Below, in pieces: positions 1 through 7,650 of a DNA stretch of 64,000 nt (within the stretch, counting starts at the first letter, position 1; the number at the start of each line of letters is the position of its first letter). The translations under genes and the position numbers were made by a program. The DNA lies in the IMG/VR virus record IMGVR_UViG_3300047585_000208, positions 1 through 64,000 of that record. The stretch is one strand, 5' to 3'. Below the pieces are notes generated by a model that was not told the DNA's origin, did not search any database, and worked only from the letters and a program-made list of their open reading frames with translations. This stretch comes from a virus.

Positions 1-288
1 GGTAACCGTGCAAGCATAGAGAGATGGGGTTCCGAGCAGGCTGCTCGGGATTCTCTGGCTACTTTGATTAAATGCTCCCGATGCTCCGATTGCTCCCGCT
101 GCTACGACTGCTCCCACTGCTACCGCTGCTCCGGCTGCTCCGACTGCTCCCACTGCTACGACTGCTACGACTGCTCCGACTGCTCCGGCTGCTCCGGCTG
201 CTCCCGCTGCTACCGCTGCTACGACTGCTCCGACTGCTCCGGCTGCTCCGACTGTTCCGAAATGGCACCGCAAAAAAATTTAGAATAA
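1..288 (+). CDS. Cys-rich (CxxCxx)n repeat protein, 5'-partial
   Basis: Frame 1 is open from base 1 (GNRASIERWGSEQAARDSLATLIK), followed by about 21 C-[SY]-[RDHG] triplets and a stop at 288. Confidence 0.7.
   Translation, partial: GNRASIERWGSEQAARDSLATLIKCSRCSDCSRCYDCSHCYRCSGCSDCSHCYDCYDCSDCSGCSGCSRCYRCYDCSDCSGCSDCSEMAPQKNLE
73..261 (+). repeat. 9-bp tandem repeat TGCT(C/A)C(C/G)(A/G)C
   Basis: About 21 consecutive units, read directly from the sequence. Confidence 0.9.
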
Positions 289-350
289 AACGCTGGCTGT
301 TCCAGCGTAGCGAAATTTTTTACGTAACGCATTACTCAAAAGGAGAACCC

Positions 351-632
351 GTGATCCAAGAGATTGAAAACCCCGTCGGTCACGCTATAGCTGAGGAACT
401 TCGAGCGAGCCTCCTCAAGCTTCTAGAAGAGACAGCAGACAAGCTCGCTAGAATGGATACGCCTATTCTCGTTTGCGCCTTTGGGCCTGTCGAGCTGGGC
501 CTTGACGGACTGAAATTCGGCATTTTGCATGTCAGGGGCGGGGCAACTAAACGCTGCGACTTACGCACTCCGCTTGTTGCGGGTAATAAGTTTATCGGCG
601 GCGCAATGGACGTACTCGACGAACTCTATTAA
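351..632 (+). CDS. hypothetical protein
   Basis: AAGGAG RBS followed by GTG at 351. The upstream Leu-rich part of track ORF 72..632 is a shadow of the 9-bp repeat. Confidence 0.7.
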   Translation: MIQEIENPVGHAIAEELRASLLKLLEETADKLARMDTPILVCAFGPVELGLDGLKFGILHVRGGATKRCDLRTPLVAGNKFIGGAMDVLDELY

Positions 633-647
633 CAAAGGAGCGCTCAA

Positions 648-848
648 GTGCCAGTCTTCATGCCTTGGAGCGAGTGGCAAACCTATGAAGCTGACGTTAA
701 AAACGTAAAAAGCCCGTTTCTAGCTATTTGGAAGGCTAACCAGTTCTTTGAAACTTGGGTAAAGTACCACGACTGCCTTTACCGCATAACTGGCTGGCAA
801 ATACCTGGTAGTGCTCCGTATGTAATCGCTTTACCTGCGGTTGAGTAA
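648..848 (+). CDS. hypothetical protein
   Basis: AAGGAG RBS; the stop codon lies inside the palindrome. Confidence 0.7.
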   Translation: MPVFMPWSEWQTYEADVKNVKSPFLAIWKANQFFETWVKYHDCLYRITGWQIPGSAPYVIALPAVE

Positions 849-934
849 CGCATTACTCAGAAAAAAGACCGTGCGTTACGGTGGTTTCAGAGTGGCTTAG
901 CGTTTGTCAACTTTAACAAAGGAGGGCTATTTCA

Positions 935-1267
935 ATGAACATTTCCAATCGCCTAACTCGCGACGTTAACATTCAAGTTACACGTCTGCACATTTATCTT
1001 GGGAACCCGCACAGTGCCGTCACTAACCCAGTTGCCCGGGCTACGTGTAAATTGCTCATTCCCGAGTGCAAAGTTCGCGCTGCCGGTGGCCAACTTGTCA
1101 TTCAAGCTGACGAAACACTCACTGCGCGATTATTTGAGCAACCCTGGACTGGTGAACTTCCACTGGCGGTTACAGAGTGGCTTAAAAGCTACAACGCAAA
1201 CCAGTCTTCAGAATTCGAGTTCCAGATGGGTATTCCCGTGAAATTCCTCAAAAACCTTCGAGGCTAA
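935..1267 (+). CDS. small paralog-family protein (ITxxHIxxG...PVAxA...LP...W...F..IP), copy 1
   Basis: GGAGG RBS; motifs shared with 1494 and 53270-54897. Confidence 0.8.
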   Translation: MNISNRLTRDVNIQVTRLHIYLGNPHSAVTNPVARATCKLLIPECKVRAAGGQLVIQADETLTARLFEQPWTGELPLAVTEWLKSYNANQSSEFEFQMGIPVKFLKNLRG

Positions 1268-1274
1268 CACACCT

Positions 1275-1308
1275 TAAAATTCGCCCAAAATGCGCCAATA
1301 TTAAATGC
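1275..1308 (+). promoter_or_regulatory. putative sigma28-like promoter TAAA-N15-GCCAATAT
   Basis: The same bipartite motif recurs at 2478, 15120 and 46748. Confidence 0.55.
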
Positions 1309-1437
1309 TATAGCTTTAGCAATTTTTGCTGGACTGTAGTAAGGTGTCGAAACTACAAGGTAACCTTTAATCTAAGAGGCAAGCCTGAAGAGTGACGGCG
1401 TCTTTCAACACTTTGATCAGGTCTAAACAACCTGACA

Positions 1438-1474
1438 GCCCAACCGGAACTGGGACTTCCGGTTGGGCCTTTTT
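1438..1474 (+). terminator. intrinsic terminator
   Basis: 12-bp stem GCCCAACCGGAA/TTCCGGTTGGGC followed by a T-run. Confidence 0.8.
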
Positions 1475-1493
1475 ACACTTTTAGGAGGGTCAA

Positions 1494-1811
1494 ATGTCCA
1501 CAACAACAGTTTCGCCCGTCCGGTCGTTCAGGTTTAACATCACTCGCACAATGATTGATCTTGGTGTCACGCACAGCCAGCAGCTTAATCCCGTCGCCAA
1601 AGCCATCAGAACGCGGCTAAACAGTGATGACTACTTTGTAGTCATTCAGGGGCGTAAGGTAACCATTTATCCGCACAACCACCGCGAGCCGTTCGTTACT
1701 AAAATTTCGGAAGACGTCGAGCAGTGGCTCGAAAACTATAACGGCACAAAGCCGGTCAGGCCGCGCGAGTTCGTCTTGGCGCTTCCTGTTGAGTTCATTG
1801 CGAGCGAATAG
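1494..1811 (+). CDS. small paralog-family protein, copy 2
   Basis: GGAGG RBS; ITRTMIDLG...NPVAKA...W...VRPREF..LP. Confidence 0.8.
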   Translation: MSTTTVSPVRSFRFNITRTMIDLGVTHSQQLNPVAKAIRTRLNSDDYFVVIQGRKVTIYPHNHREPFVTKISEDVEQWLENYNGTKPVRPREFVLALPVEFIASE

Positions 1812-1832
1812 CCAGGTGAAACTGGCCAAACG

Positions 1833-1860
1833 AGCCTCGCTTTTAGCGAGGCTTTCTTTT
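1833..1860 (+). terminator. intrinsic terminator
   Basis: AGCCTCGCT-TTT-AGCGAGGCT followed by TTCTTTT. Confidence 0.75.
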
Positions 1861-1875
1861 ACCTAGGAGAAAGTC

Positions 1876-2220
1876 TTGTCTAGTCCGTTAAGGCACTGGT
1901 TCGTCAGAGATTGGCTTGTGAAGCCGATTAATAAAGCGCTTACGTTCTTTTGGCTTGACCGCATTGCTGGCTTTTTGATTTGGCTTACGCGAGAAATTCC
2001 ACCAGCGGCCATTCCGTATTCTCCAGTTAAGTGCAAGCGCGACTGCTGGTTTGCAAAAGATGCTGGGCATCTTGTTGCAGAAGATTGCTCAGATTGCGCG
2101 AACTATCTTGGCAATTCTACTAACCCTTATCAAGAAAACGCCGTAGGTAAAGGCTATGGCGGAGGTTCAAAGCCTCCAATTAGCCCAGTAGTTAAAAAAG
2201 AGGTGTTCCTTGAATCCTGA
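1876..2220 (+). CDS. hypothetical protein
   Basis: AGGAG RBS with TTG start. Confidence 0.6.
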   Translation: MSSPLRHWFVRDWLVKPINKALTFFWLDRIAGFLIWLTREIPPAAIPYSPVKCKRDCWFAKDAGHLVAEDCSDCANYLGNSTNPYQENAVGKGYGGGSKPPISPVVKKEVFLES

Positions 2221-2452
2221 TAGCGGCAGTGGTCAAGGAGATGGAAGAGGCGGAAGGATATCTCTACCATACGCCCGTGACAGAGATTATGAATACAGCT
2301 ATGCAGGCGGTATGGCTAGCGGGGGCGGCAACGCCAGTAGCGAGGGTGATGGAGACCTGTATTATTGGTTAAGCACTGTTGACGGTACCGGGAAAGAAAA
2401 CAATTTAAGAGCTGATAGCGGAAAACTAGACGGTAGTGGCTCGGATTATTAA
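2210..2452 (+). CDS. Gly-rich mini-protein
   Basis: GAGG RBS; GxGxG repeats; ends GKLDGSGSDY like its paralogs. Confidence 0.65.
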   Translation: MNPDSGSGQGDGRGGRISLPYARDRDYEYSYAGGMASGGGNASSEGDGDLYYWLSTVDGTGKENNLRADSGKLDGSGSDY

Positions 2453-2477
2453 TAGTTTTGAGTAATGCGTTACTCAA

Positions 2478-2513
2478 CTAAAAAAGCCCCCAAAACAAGG
2501 CATTATAAAATGC
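2478..2513 (+). promoter_or_regulatory. putative sigma28-like promoter CTAAA-N16-GGCATTAT
   Basis: Recurrent motif with conserved spacing. Confidence 0.55.
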
Positions 2514-2553
2514 TTGGCTTTAGCAATTTAAGCTAGGCATTCTGTTGGAGACG

Positions 2554-2588
2554 GGCCGCTAGCCTGTTGCTAGCGGCCTTTGCTTTTT
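2554..2588 (+). terminator. leader terminator or attenuator
   Basis: GGCCGCTAGC-CTGTT-GCTAGCGGCC followed by TTTGCTTTTT, lying between the putative promoter and the first gene. Confidence 0.65.
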
Positions 2589-2600
2589 AAGGAAAAAAAA

Positions 2601-2909
2601 ATGGCAATCCCCACAGTAGCGCCGAAGATGCTAAAAAGCAAAAACTTTATGGACGCAGTGTCAGAATTTAAGGCTAAGTTTGACAACGAGAAAAAGAAAA
2701 TTAATGAGGCAAGGGCAAAAATTAAATCGGTGATTGGGCCAGCTTTAATTAAACAGGCAAAAGAAGCGCATAAACAGCTTGACAAAGCTCTACAGGATCT
2801 AAGAGATCTGGGAACTGCCCTAGATGGCTATATCGAGGAACTTGAAGCACAGGCAGATGACTTTGAGGAATCTTTAGAGGCGCTTAAAGACAACTCACTT
2901 TGTAATTAG
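2601..2909 (+). CDS. coiled-coil hypothetical protein
   Basis: AAGGA RBS before ATG 2601; heptad-rich sequence. Confidence 0.7.
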   Translation: MAIPTVAPKMLKSKNFMDAVSEFKAKFDNEKKKINEARAKIKSVIGPALIKQAKEAHKQLDKALQDLRDLGTALDGYIEELEAQADDFEESLEALKDNSLCN

Positions 2910-2972
2910 CCGATCATCGGCCAATCGTCTTTTGCTTAAAGACTTCCTTTCTTTTAGCACTGGAGAGTTCGC

Positions 2973-3173
2973 ATGAATACGATACTAGAGCAGTACACTG
3001 CGATTGCATCAGTCAACACGCCAATCGGTCGCGAGCAATTTGTCAAAGATATTGTGTCGTGGATTGAAATAGAGTGGGAAAGCCGAGATGGTCGAGAAGT
3101 CCTCACAGATAGTCGGGCGACCAAGTCACTTAAACAAGCATTACACAGGTGGGTAGAAGAAGCGGCGCTTTAG
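2973..3173 (+). CDS. hypothetical protein (3' half duplicated at about 3526-3640)
   Basis: GGAG RBS. Confidence 0.65.
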   Translation: MNTILEQYTAIASVNTPIGREQFVKDIVSWIEIEWESRDGREVLTDSRATKSLKQALHRWVEEAAL

Positions 3174-3287
3174 CCGCTCCTACTGTAACCTGTCCTCGGC
3201 AGAGGCGTTATATCTGCCTTACATACAGTCTGGCTAGTGGGGTCTTTGCACCCCTGAAACTGTTTTGTAGATGCATGGAGCAAAGCG

Positions 3288-3533
3288 ATGAAGATTCTGT
3301 TGGTGCACAATGTGGGCGCTGGTTTGACCGAGAACATCGACGTTGCTGATAACTGCAATATCAAGTCGGTTATCGAATCTCGGCCTGAGCTAAATGGTTT
3401 TAACTTGTCCCGCGTCAGGATAGTCGTTCGTCGGTTGACGAATGGCCAGATTGCTTCCATTTCGGACGTGAATGGCTTCACGCCGCTGCATGAGGGTGAT
3501 CGTCTCACCTTGAATCCTGCGAGACTGGATTGA
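3288..3533 (+). CDS. ubiquitin-like (beta-grasp) protein, copy 1, lacking C-terminal Gly
   Basis: Clear paralog of 3804..4064; ends NPARLD-stop at the duplication junction. Confidence 0.75.
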   Translation: MKILLVHNVGAGLTENIDVADNCNIKSVIESRPELNGFNLSRVRIVVRRLTNGQIASISDVNGFTPLHEGDRLTLNPARLD

Positions 3534-3803
3534 GCTTGAGTGGGAAAGCCGAGACGGACAAGCCATTCCTACAGATAGTCTAGCGACCAAGTCACTTAAA
3601 CAAGCATTACACAGGTGGGTAGAAGAAGCGGCACTGTAATCGCTCCTACTTGCCTATATTGAGCCATGCTCTCTCGTTCGAAGCTGTAACTTGTCCTCGG
3701 CAGAGGCGTTATATCTGCCTTACATACAGTCCGATTAGCGGAGCCGCTAATCGTGGGGTCTTTGCACCCCTGAAACTGTTTTGTAGATGCATGGAGCAAA
3801 GCG

Positions 3804-4064
3804 ATGAAGATTCTGTTGGTGCACAATGTGGGCGCGGGCGTGACTGAGAATATCAATGTCACTGATAGCAGCACTATCAAGTCCGTTATTGAATCTCGGC
3901 CGGAATTGAACGGGTTTAACCTGACCCACTTCAAGATGACTGTTCGCCGGCTGGTGAATGGCCAAATCACTCCGATCCCGGATGTGAACGGCTATACAAA
4001 CCTGCGCGAAGGCGACCGTCTCACCTTGAATCCCGCGAAACTCGAAGGCGCCTTCGCCGCCTAA
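3804..4064 (+). CDS. ubiquitin-like (ThiS/MoaD/Ub beta-grasp) modifier
   Basis: L(R)EGDRLTL C-terminal strand motif; KLEG followed by an AFAA tail; lies upstream of E2, JAB and E1 genes. Confidence 0.8.
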   Translation: MKILLVHNVGAGVTENINVTDSSTIKSVIESRPELNGFNLTHFKMTVRRLVNGQITPIPDVNGYTNLREGDRLTLNPAKLEGAFAA

Positions 4065-4158
4065 TCGGGTGAACCCTAATTGAAAACGACCGCCTCGGCG
4101 TAGGCTTTTATACGCCGTGTCTTTATTGCCCCCTAATTGAGCACAAGGGAGCGCTATT

Positions 4159-5634
4159 TTGTCTGACTTGCGTAGTATATTCCGCGCTGCCAAACGAATT
4201 CAGGAATCGCTACTTAAAACAAAATTTAGGCTGGCCTTTTCTGAGCTTAACATTCGAGTAGCTGACGCGACTCGGGGACTTCATGTAACAAAGTCAATTT
4301 TGGCTGGTAACGTGAAAAAGCAGCGCTTCGAAAAGTACACTGTAAAAAGGCTAACAAATTATCTCGACACTCTTTTAAACGCTATTGCTACGACTCGAAC
4401 AGTGTTATCGCAAGAGGGGCTTAAGAATGCCGAGATTCCGACGCTACGATTTATCGTTGAAGAGCTGCTTCACTCCGCATACGAGTTTAAAGGCCTGAAT
4501 GTCCATCTGGGTAACCGCCCAGGACAAACACCGACTTTGAGGCCGTACGTCAGCATAGTTACAGAACCGATTGTGCTTGAAAAAGTTCCACTTGGTCGAT
4601 TCGAGCTTCAGATTTTCACTGATACGTTAACGCAACATAACTTTACAGAAAACGTTGAAAGGTCCATTCACGCGGTTGCGCTTGACGCAAATCTGTCTTA
4701 TAAGCGCCAGTTTCCTCATCCGCACATTGATACTAGCGGCAACATATGCACGGGGGAGGGTAAAGCGCTTATTGCGCGATCGCTGCGAGAGGGTCGATTT
4801 TCAGACGCCTTTCAGCTATTGCACAGCGTTTTAAACTCTTACAACGCAAGAAGCGCCTATCAGACTATTGAGACCTGGCAGGGGGTCCGAAAAACTTGTG
4901 TGGCCTGCGGTCAAACTGAGTACGAAGAGGAAATGGTGCTGTGCCCAAGGTGCCGAACCATTCGATACTGTGCTAACTGCGTGTCTATTTGTAAAGGTTG
5001 CAGGTGTTCAACTTGTCCACAATGCTTTGTTGCATGTCGAAACTGTACAGAACCGTCATGTCTTAATTGCCGACGAAATTGTAACAGTTGCGCCCTAAGC
5101 GGGTGTGCAACATGTGTCTTTACGTGCGATCGCTGCCTCAGAGGAACTTGTAAAACGTGTCAATCGATTATTACAAACACGTGTGGGCACAATGTTTGCT
5201 CTGCTTGTGCAATAGTTTGTCTTAGTTGTAACACGATGTATTGCGCAAGCTGTAGCAAGTTTAAAATCAGCAACTGTGTAACTTGCCTGAAGCCTTGTTG
5301 TACTAAATGCGGCACAAGAAGGCCTGGGTCAAGTAACCGTACGCATACAGTTTGTCCTACTTTGATAACGCCAGTTTTACCAAGGCCCGCGCCACAACTA
5401 CAAGAGGTAGTTTTTTTTAATGCGGAGAACTTTGGTCTAGTACCGATTACAACTCCAGAACCGATAACAGAGTTACAAGCAGTTTTAGGAACTCCGATAC
5501 CTGCTAGGCTTATTGAGACCGCAGCCGAAGACTTTGATGATGAAGACGACGAAAACGACGATGATGACGAAGTTGAAAATGACGAAGACTTTGACGATGA
5601 AGATGATGAGGAGGATGACGATGAGATCGGCTAA
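4159..5634 (+). CDS. prokaryotic E2 (UBC-fold) protein with CxxC array and acidic tail
   Basis: HPHIDTSGNICTG active-site-like motif; about 16 CxxC; poly-D/E C-terminus. Confidence 0.75.
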   Translation: MSDLRSIFRAAKRIQESLLKTKFRLAFSELNIRVADATRGLHVTKSILAGNVKKQRFEKYTVKRLTNYLDTLLNAIATTRTVLSQEGLKNAEIPTLRFIVEELLHSAYEFKGLNVHLGNRPGQTPTLRPYVSIVTEPIVLEKVPLGRFELQIFTDTLTQHNFTENVERSIHAVALDANLSYKRQFPHPHIDTSGNICTGEGKALIARSLREGRFSDAFQLLHSVLNSYNARSAYQTIETWQGVRKTCVACGQTEYEEEMVLCPRCRTIRYCANCVSICKGCRCSTCPQCFVACRNCTEPSCLNCRRNCNSCALSGCATCVFTCDRCLRGTCKTCQSIITNTCGHNVCSACAIVCLSCNTMYCASCSKFKISNCVTCLKPCCTKCGTRRPGSSNRTHTVCPTLITPVLPRPAPQLQEVVFFNAENFGLVPITTPEPITELQAVLGTPIPARLIETAAEDFDDEDDENDDDDEVENDEDFDDEDDEEDDDEIG

Positions 5635-5676
5635 TAACCTTAAGTTGAGTAATACATTACTCAAAAGGAAGGAATT

Positions 5677-6651
5677 ATGACAGATCCAAATGTTTTACAA
5701 GCAGCTGTTGAGCTTTTTCTTGGCAAAACGCTTGGGCCAGCAGATTTAGTAGTTAACTCGCTCATCGAATTCGAGAAGGATTATGCGCGAGCAATCAAGG
5801 CATCAAAGGCCTACCGCAGGCTTTTAGCTACCCCGGGAAAAATTGGACCGTTTGAAAAGGTTAAACGCGTTTTATCGCGGTCTGTGTTTTGTCGACAAAA
5901 TTATTCGGTGCCTTATAGGAATATCATCGCCGTTAAGCATTCGGATACGACTGCTTTGACCGCTGAGGCACTTTTAGCCGAGATGGTACAGATTTCAATT
6001 GAGTTTGCCAATTTCGGTGTTAAAAACTCGTCGTCGCGTAAGTACATCTTTGCGGACACTCCTCCAATTACCCTTAAAGGTGTTGAACTCGGCTCGTTTC
6101 AGCTTCGAATTTCTAAGGGTCGGTGTTTAAGCGCACATGCTATTACGCCGAATAAAGCTGTATACGGGAACGAACTAATCCGTAATCTCACACATCCACA
6201 CGTATGTGACAATAAGGTCTGTTTAGGCGAAGCCCAAAGCTTAGTGCACAGAGCTCTAAACGATTTAAGGTTGGCAGACGTCTTTCAGCTCGCACACTCT
6301 GTGCTTACGACTTATTCCGCGGTGTCGGCTTATCGAAAGCTAGATCACTGGACGACGGCTATTAGGCACTGTTTTAATTGCGGAAGTACCCACTATAACT
6401 CGACAGAAAAACAGTGTACTGATTGTCTACGGTTTCCTTGTTTACAGTGCATTACGGATATTAAGGGCTGTATTGAGTGTCGGCGCATAACTTGTTTTAC
6501 CTGCGGTGGTTGGCAAACGTGCTCAGTTTGTCAATGTAGAATTTGTTTAACTTGCAGTAAATCATTCACACCGACAAAAATTTGTCAAAATTGTCTTCAA
6601 AAGCCTCCAACTAAACCCAGAAGGAGAAAAGCTGCTGTGCCGGTAGCATAA
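5677..6651 (+). CDS. prokaryotic E2 paralog 2 with CxxC array
   Basis: LGSFQL...HPHVCDNKVCLG...LTTYS..SAY..L..W; 8 CxxC. Confidence 0.75.
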   Translation: MTDPNVLQAAVELFLGKTLGPADLVVNSLIEFEKDYARAIKASKAYRRLLATPGKIGPFEKVKRVLSRSVFCRQNYSVPYRNIIAVKHSDTTALTAEALLAEMVQISIEFANFGVKNSSSRKYIFADTPPITLKGVELGSFQLRISKGRCLSAHAITPNKAVYGNELIRNLTHPHVCDNKVCLGEAQSLVHRALNDLRLADVFQLAHSVLTTYSAVSAYRKLDHWTTAIRHCFNCGSTHYNSTEKQCTDCLRFPCLQCITDIKGCIECRRITCFTCGGWQTCSVCQCRICLTCSKSFTPTKICQNCLQKPPTKPRRRKAAVPVA

Positions 6652-6687
6652 CAAGGCTTATGCCTTTCTTTCGTAAAGGAATAACTC

Positions 6688-7650
6688 ATGATCACAGCTG
6701 ATGGAATTTACCTTCAGGCTGCCGGCTGGTTTAAAGCGCCCGTCGCTGACATTATTTGTGATTTTCAGCAGTTATCCCAATCCTTTGATGACTTTGAAAT
6801 AAACCTTGTCGATAAGACCATCAGTGTGGTAACCAAGTTTATTGAGATGGAAAAGATTAGGCTTGGCCGATTTCGCCTAACAATGAGGACAGCCGATATA
6901 CAGCTAGGTATCCAAGTTGTGACATCGTTGTTTAGCGTTAAGGCCTTAGACCCAAATCCACCCAGCCGCGATAAGCTTATTTTTCATCCAAACATCAATT
7001 TTCAAGGAAATGTTTGTCTTGGCTATAATGCCCAAGCAGTACTTAGTAAAATAATGGCCGATTTTCGCATTGCTGACGCTTTTGAATTGATTAATACGAT
7101 TATGCACAGCTCCAGCGCTGGGCACGGCTACGTTAAATTACAAAACTGGGTAACTCAACCCGTAGTTTGCGCTGATTGTGCTTTTAAAGAAGAACAAGCG
7201 CAGGCGCAGCGCTGCACCGGTTGTCCAACTTACTTTTGCAAACGATGCATTAATAAATGCGCTTGCGGCGGCGTTACGTGCCAGAAGTGCGTTAAGCCTT
7301 GTAAGAACTGTGGCATTAACCATTGTCAAGTTTGTCCGAAAAGTTGTGAAGGCTGCAAGAAGAAATTTTGTCCGTCTTGCACGAAAACTTGCAAAAGCTG
7401 CCCAGCCGACACTTGCGAGAATTGCCAGCTTGTTTGTGCAGTTTGCGAAGTTTTTGGTTGTAAAGCTTGTACCGTTGCGACAGAGTTGTCAAAACGGCAC
7501 TGCCACGACACTTGTACAACACAGTGTGTACGTTGTGGTCAGATTTACGCAGATGATGAATCGCCCAGCAATGTTTGTGTATCGTGTCTTGAAGAAGAGG
7601 CCATACGCGATGAGCCAAGTATTGAAGTTCAGTCCGCTAGCATGGCATAA
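6688..7650 (+). CDS. prokaryotic E2 paralog 3 with CxxC array
   Basis: FHPNINFQGNVCLG matches the canonical UBC HPN-x7-C pattern; about 14 CxxC. Confidence 0.8.
   Translation: MITADGIYLQAAGWFKAPVADIICDFQQLSQSFDDFEINLVDKTISVVTKFIEMEKIRLGRFRLTMRTADIQLGIQVVTSLFSVKALDPNPPSRDKLIFHPNINFQGNVCLGYNAQAVLSKIMADFRIADAFELINTIMHSSSAGHGYVKLQNWVTQPVVCADCAFKEEQAQAQRCTGCPTYFCKRCINKCACGGVTCQKCVKPCKNCGINHCQVCPKSCEGCKKKFCPSCTKTCKSCPADTCENCQLVCAVCEVFGCKACTVATELSKRHCHDTCTTQCVRCGQIYADDESPSNVCVSCLEEEAIRDEPSIEVQSASMA

Larger units (their letters stand above)
3060..4064 (+). repeat. imperfect tandem duplication (about 3060-3525 and 3526-4040) containing the Ubl gene
   Basis: TGGATTGA...GAGTGGGAAAGCCGAGA...GCGACCAAGTCACTTAAACAAGCATTACACAGGTGGGTAGAAGAAGCGGC, the hairpins, the RBS and the Ubl gene all occur twice. 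Confidence 0.9.

Noticed and set aside
72-350. Leu/Arg-rich N-terminus of ORF 72..632 and Ser/Arg-rich minus ORF 68..268
   Set aside because: These are alternative-frame shadows of the 9-bp repeat. The real gene starts at GTG 351 after an RBS.
1335-1400. Hammerhead ribozyme (GTA, CGAAAC and CTGAAGA fragments present)
   Set aside because: Stem I cannot be formed in any permutation I tried, so the core pieces are not in a valid topology.
7178-7609. 144-aa N-terminal extension of the JAB ORF
   Set aside because: It overlaps the Cys array of E2-3 in another frame. The JAB-like sequence begins at ATG 7610.
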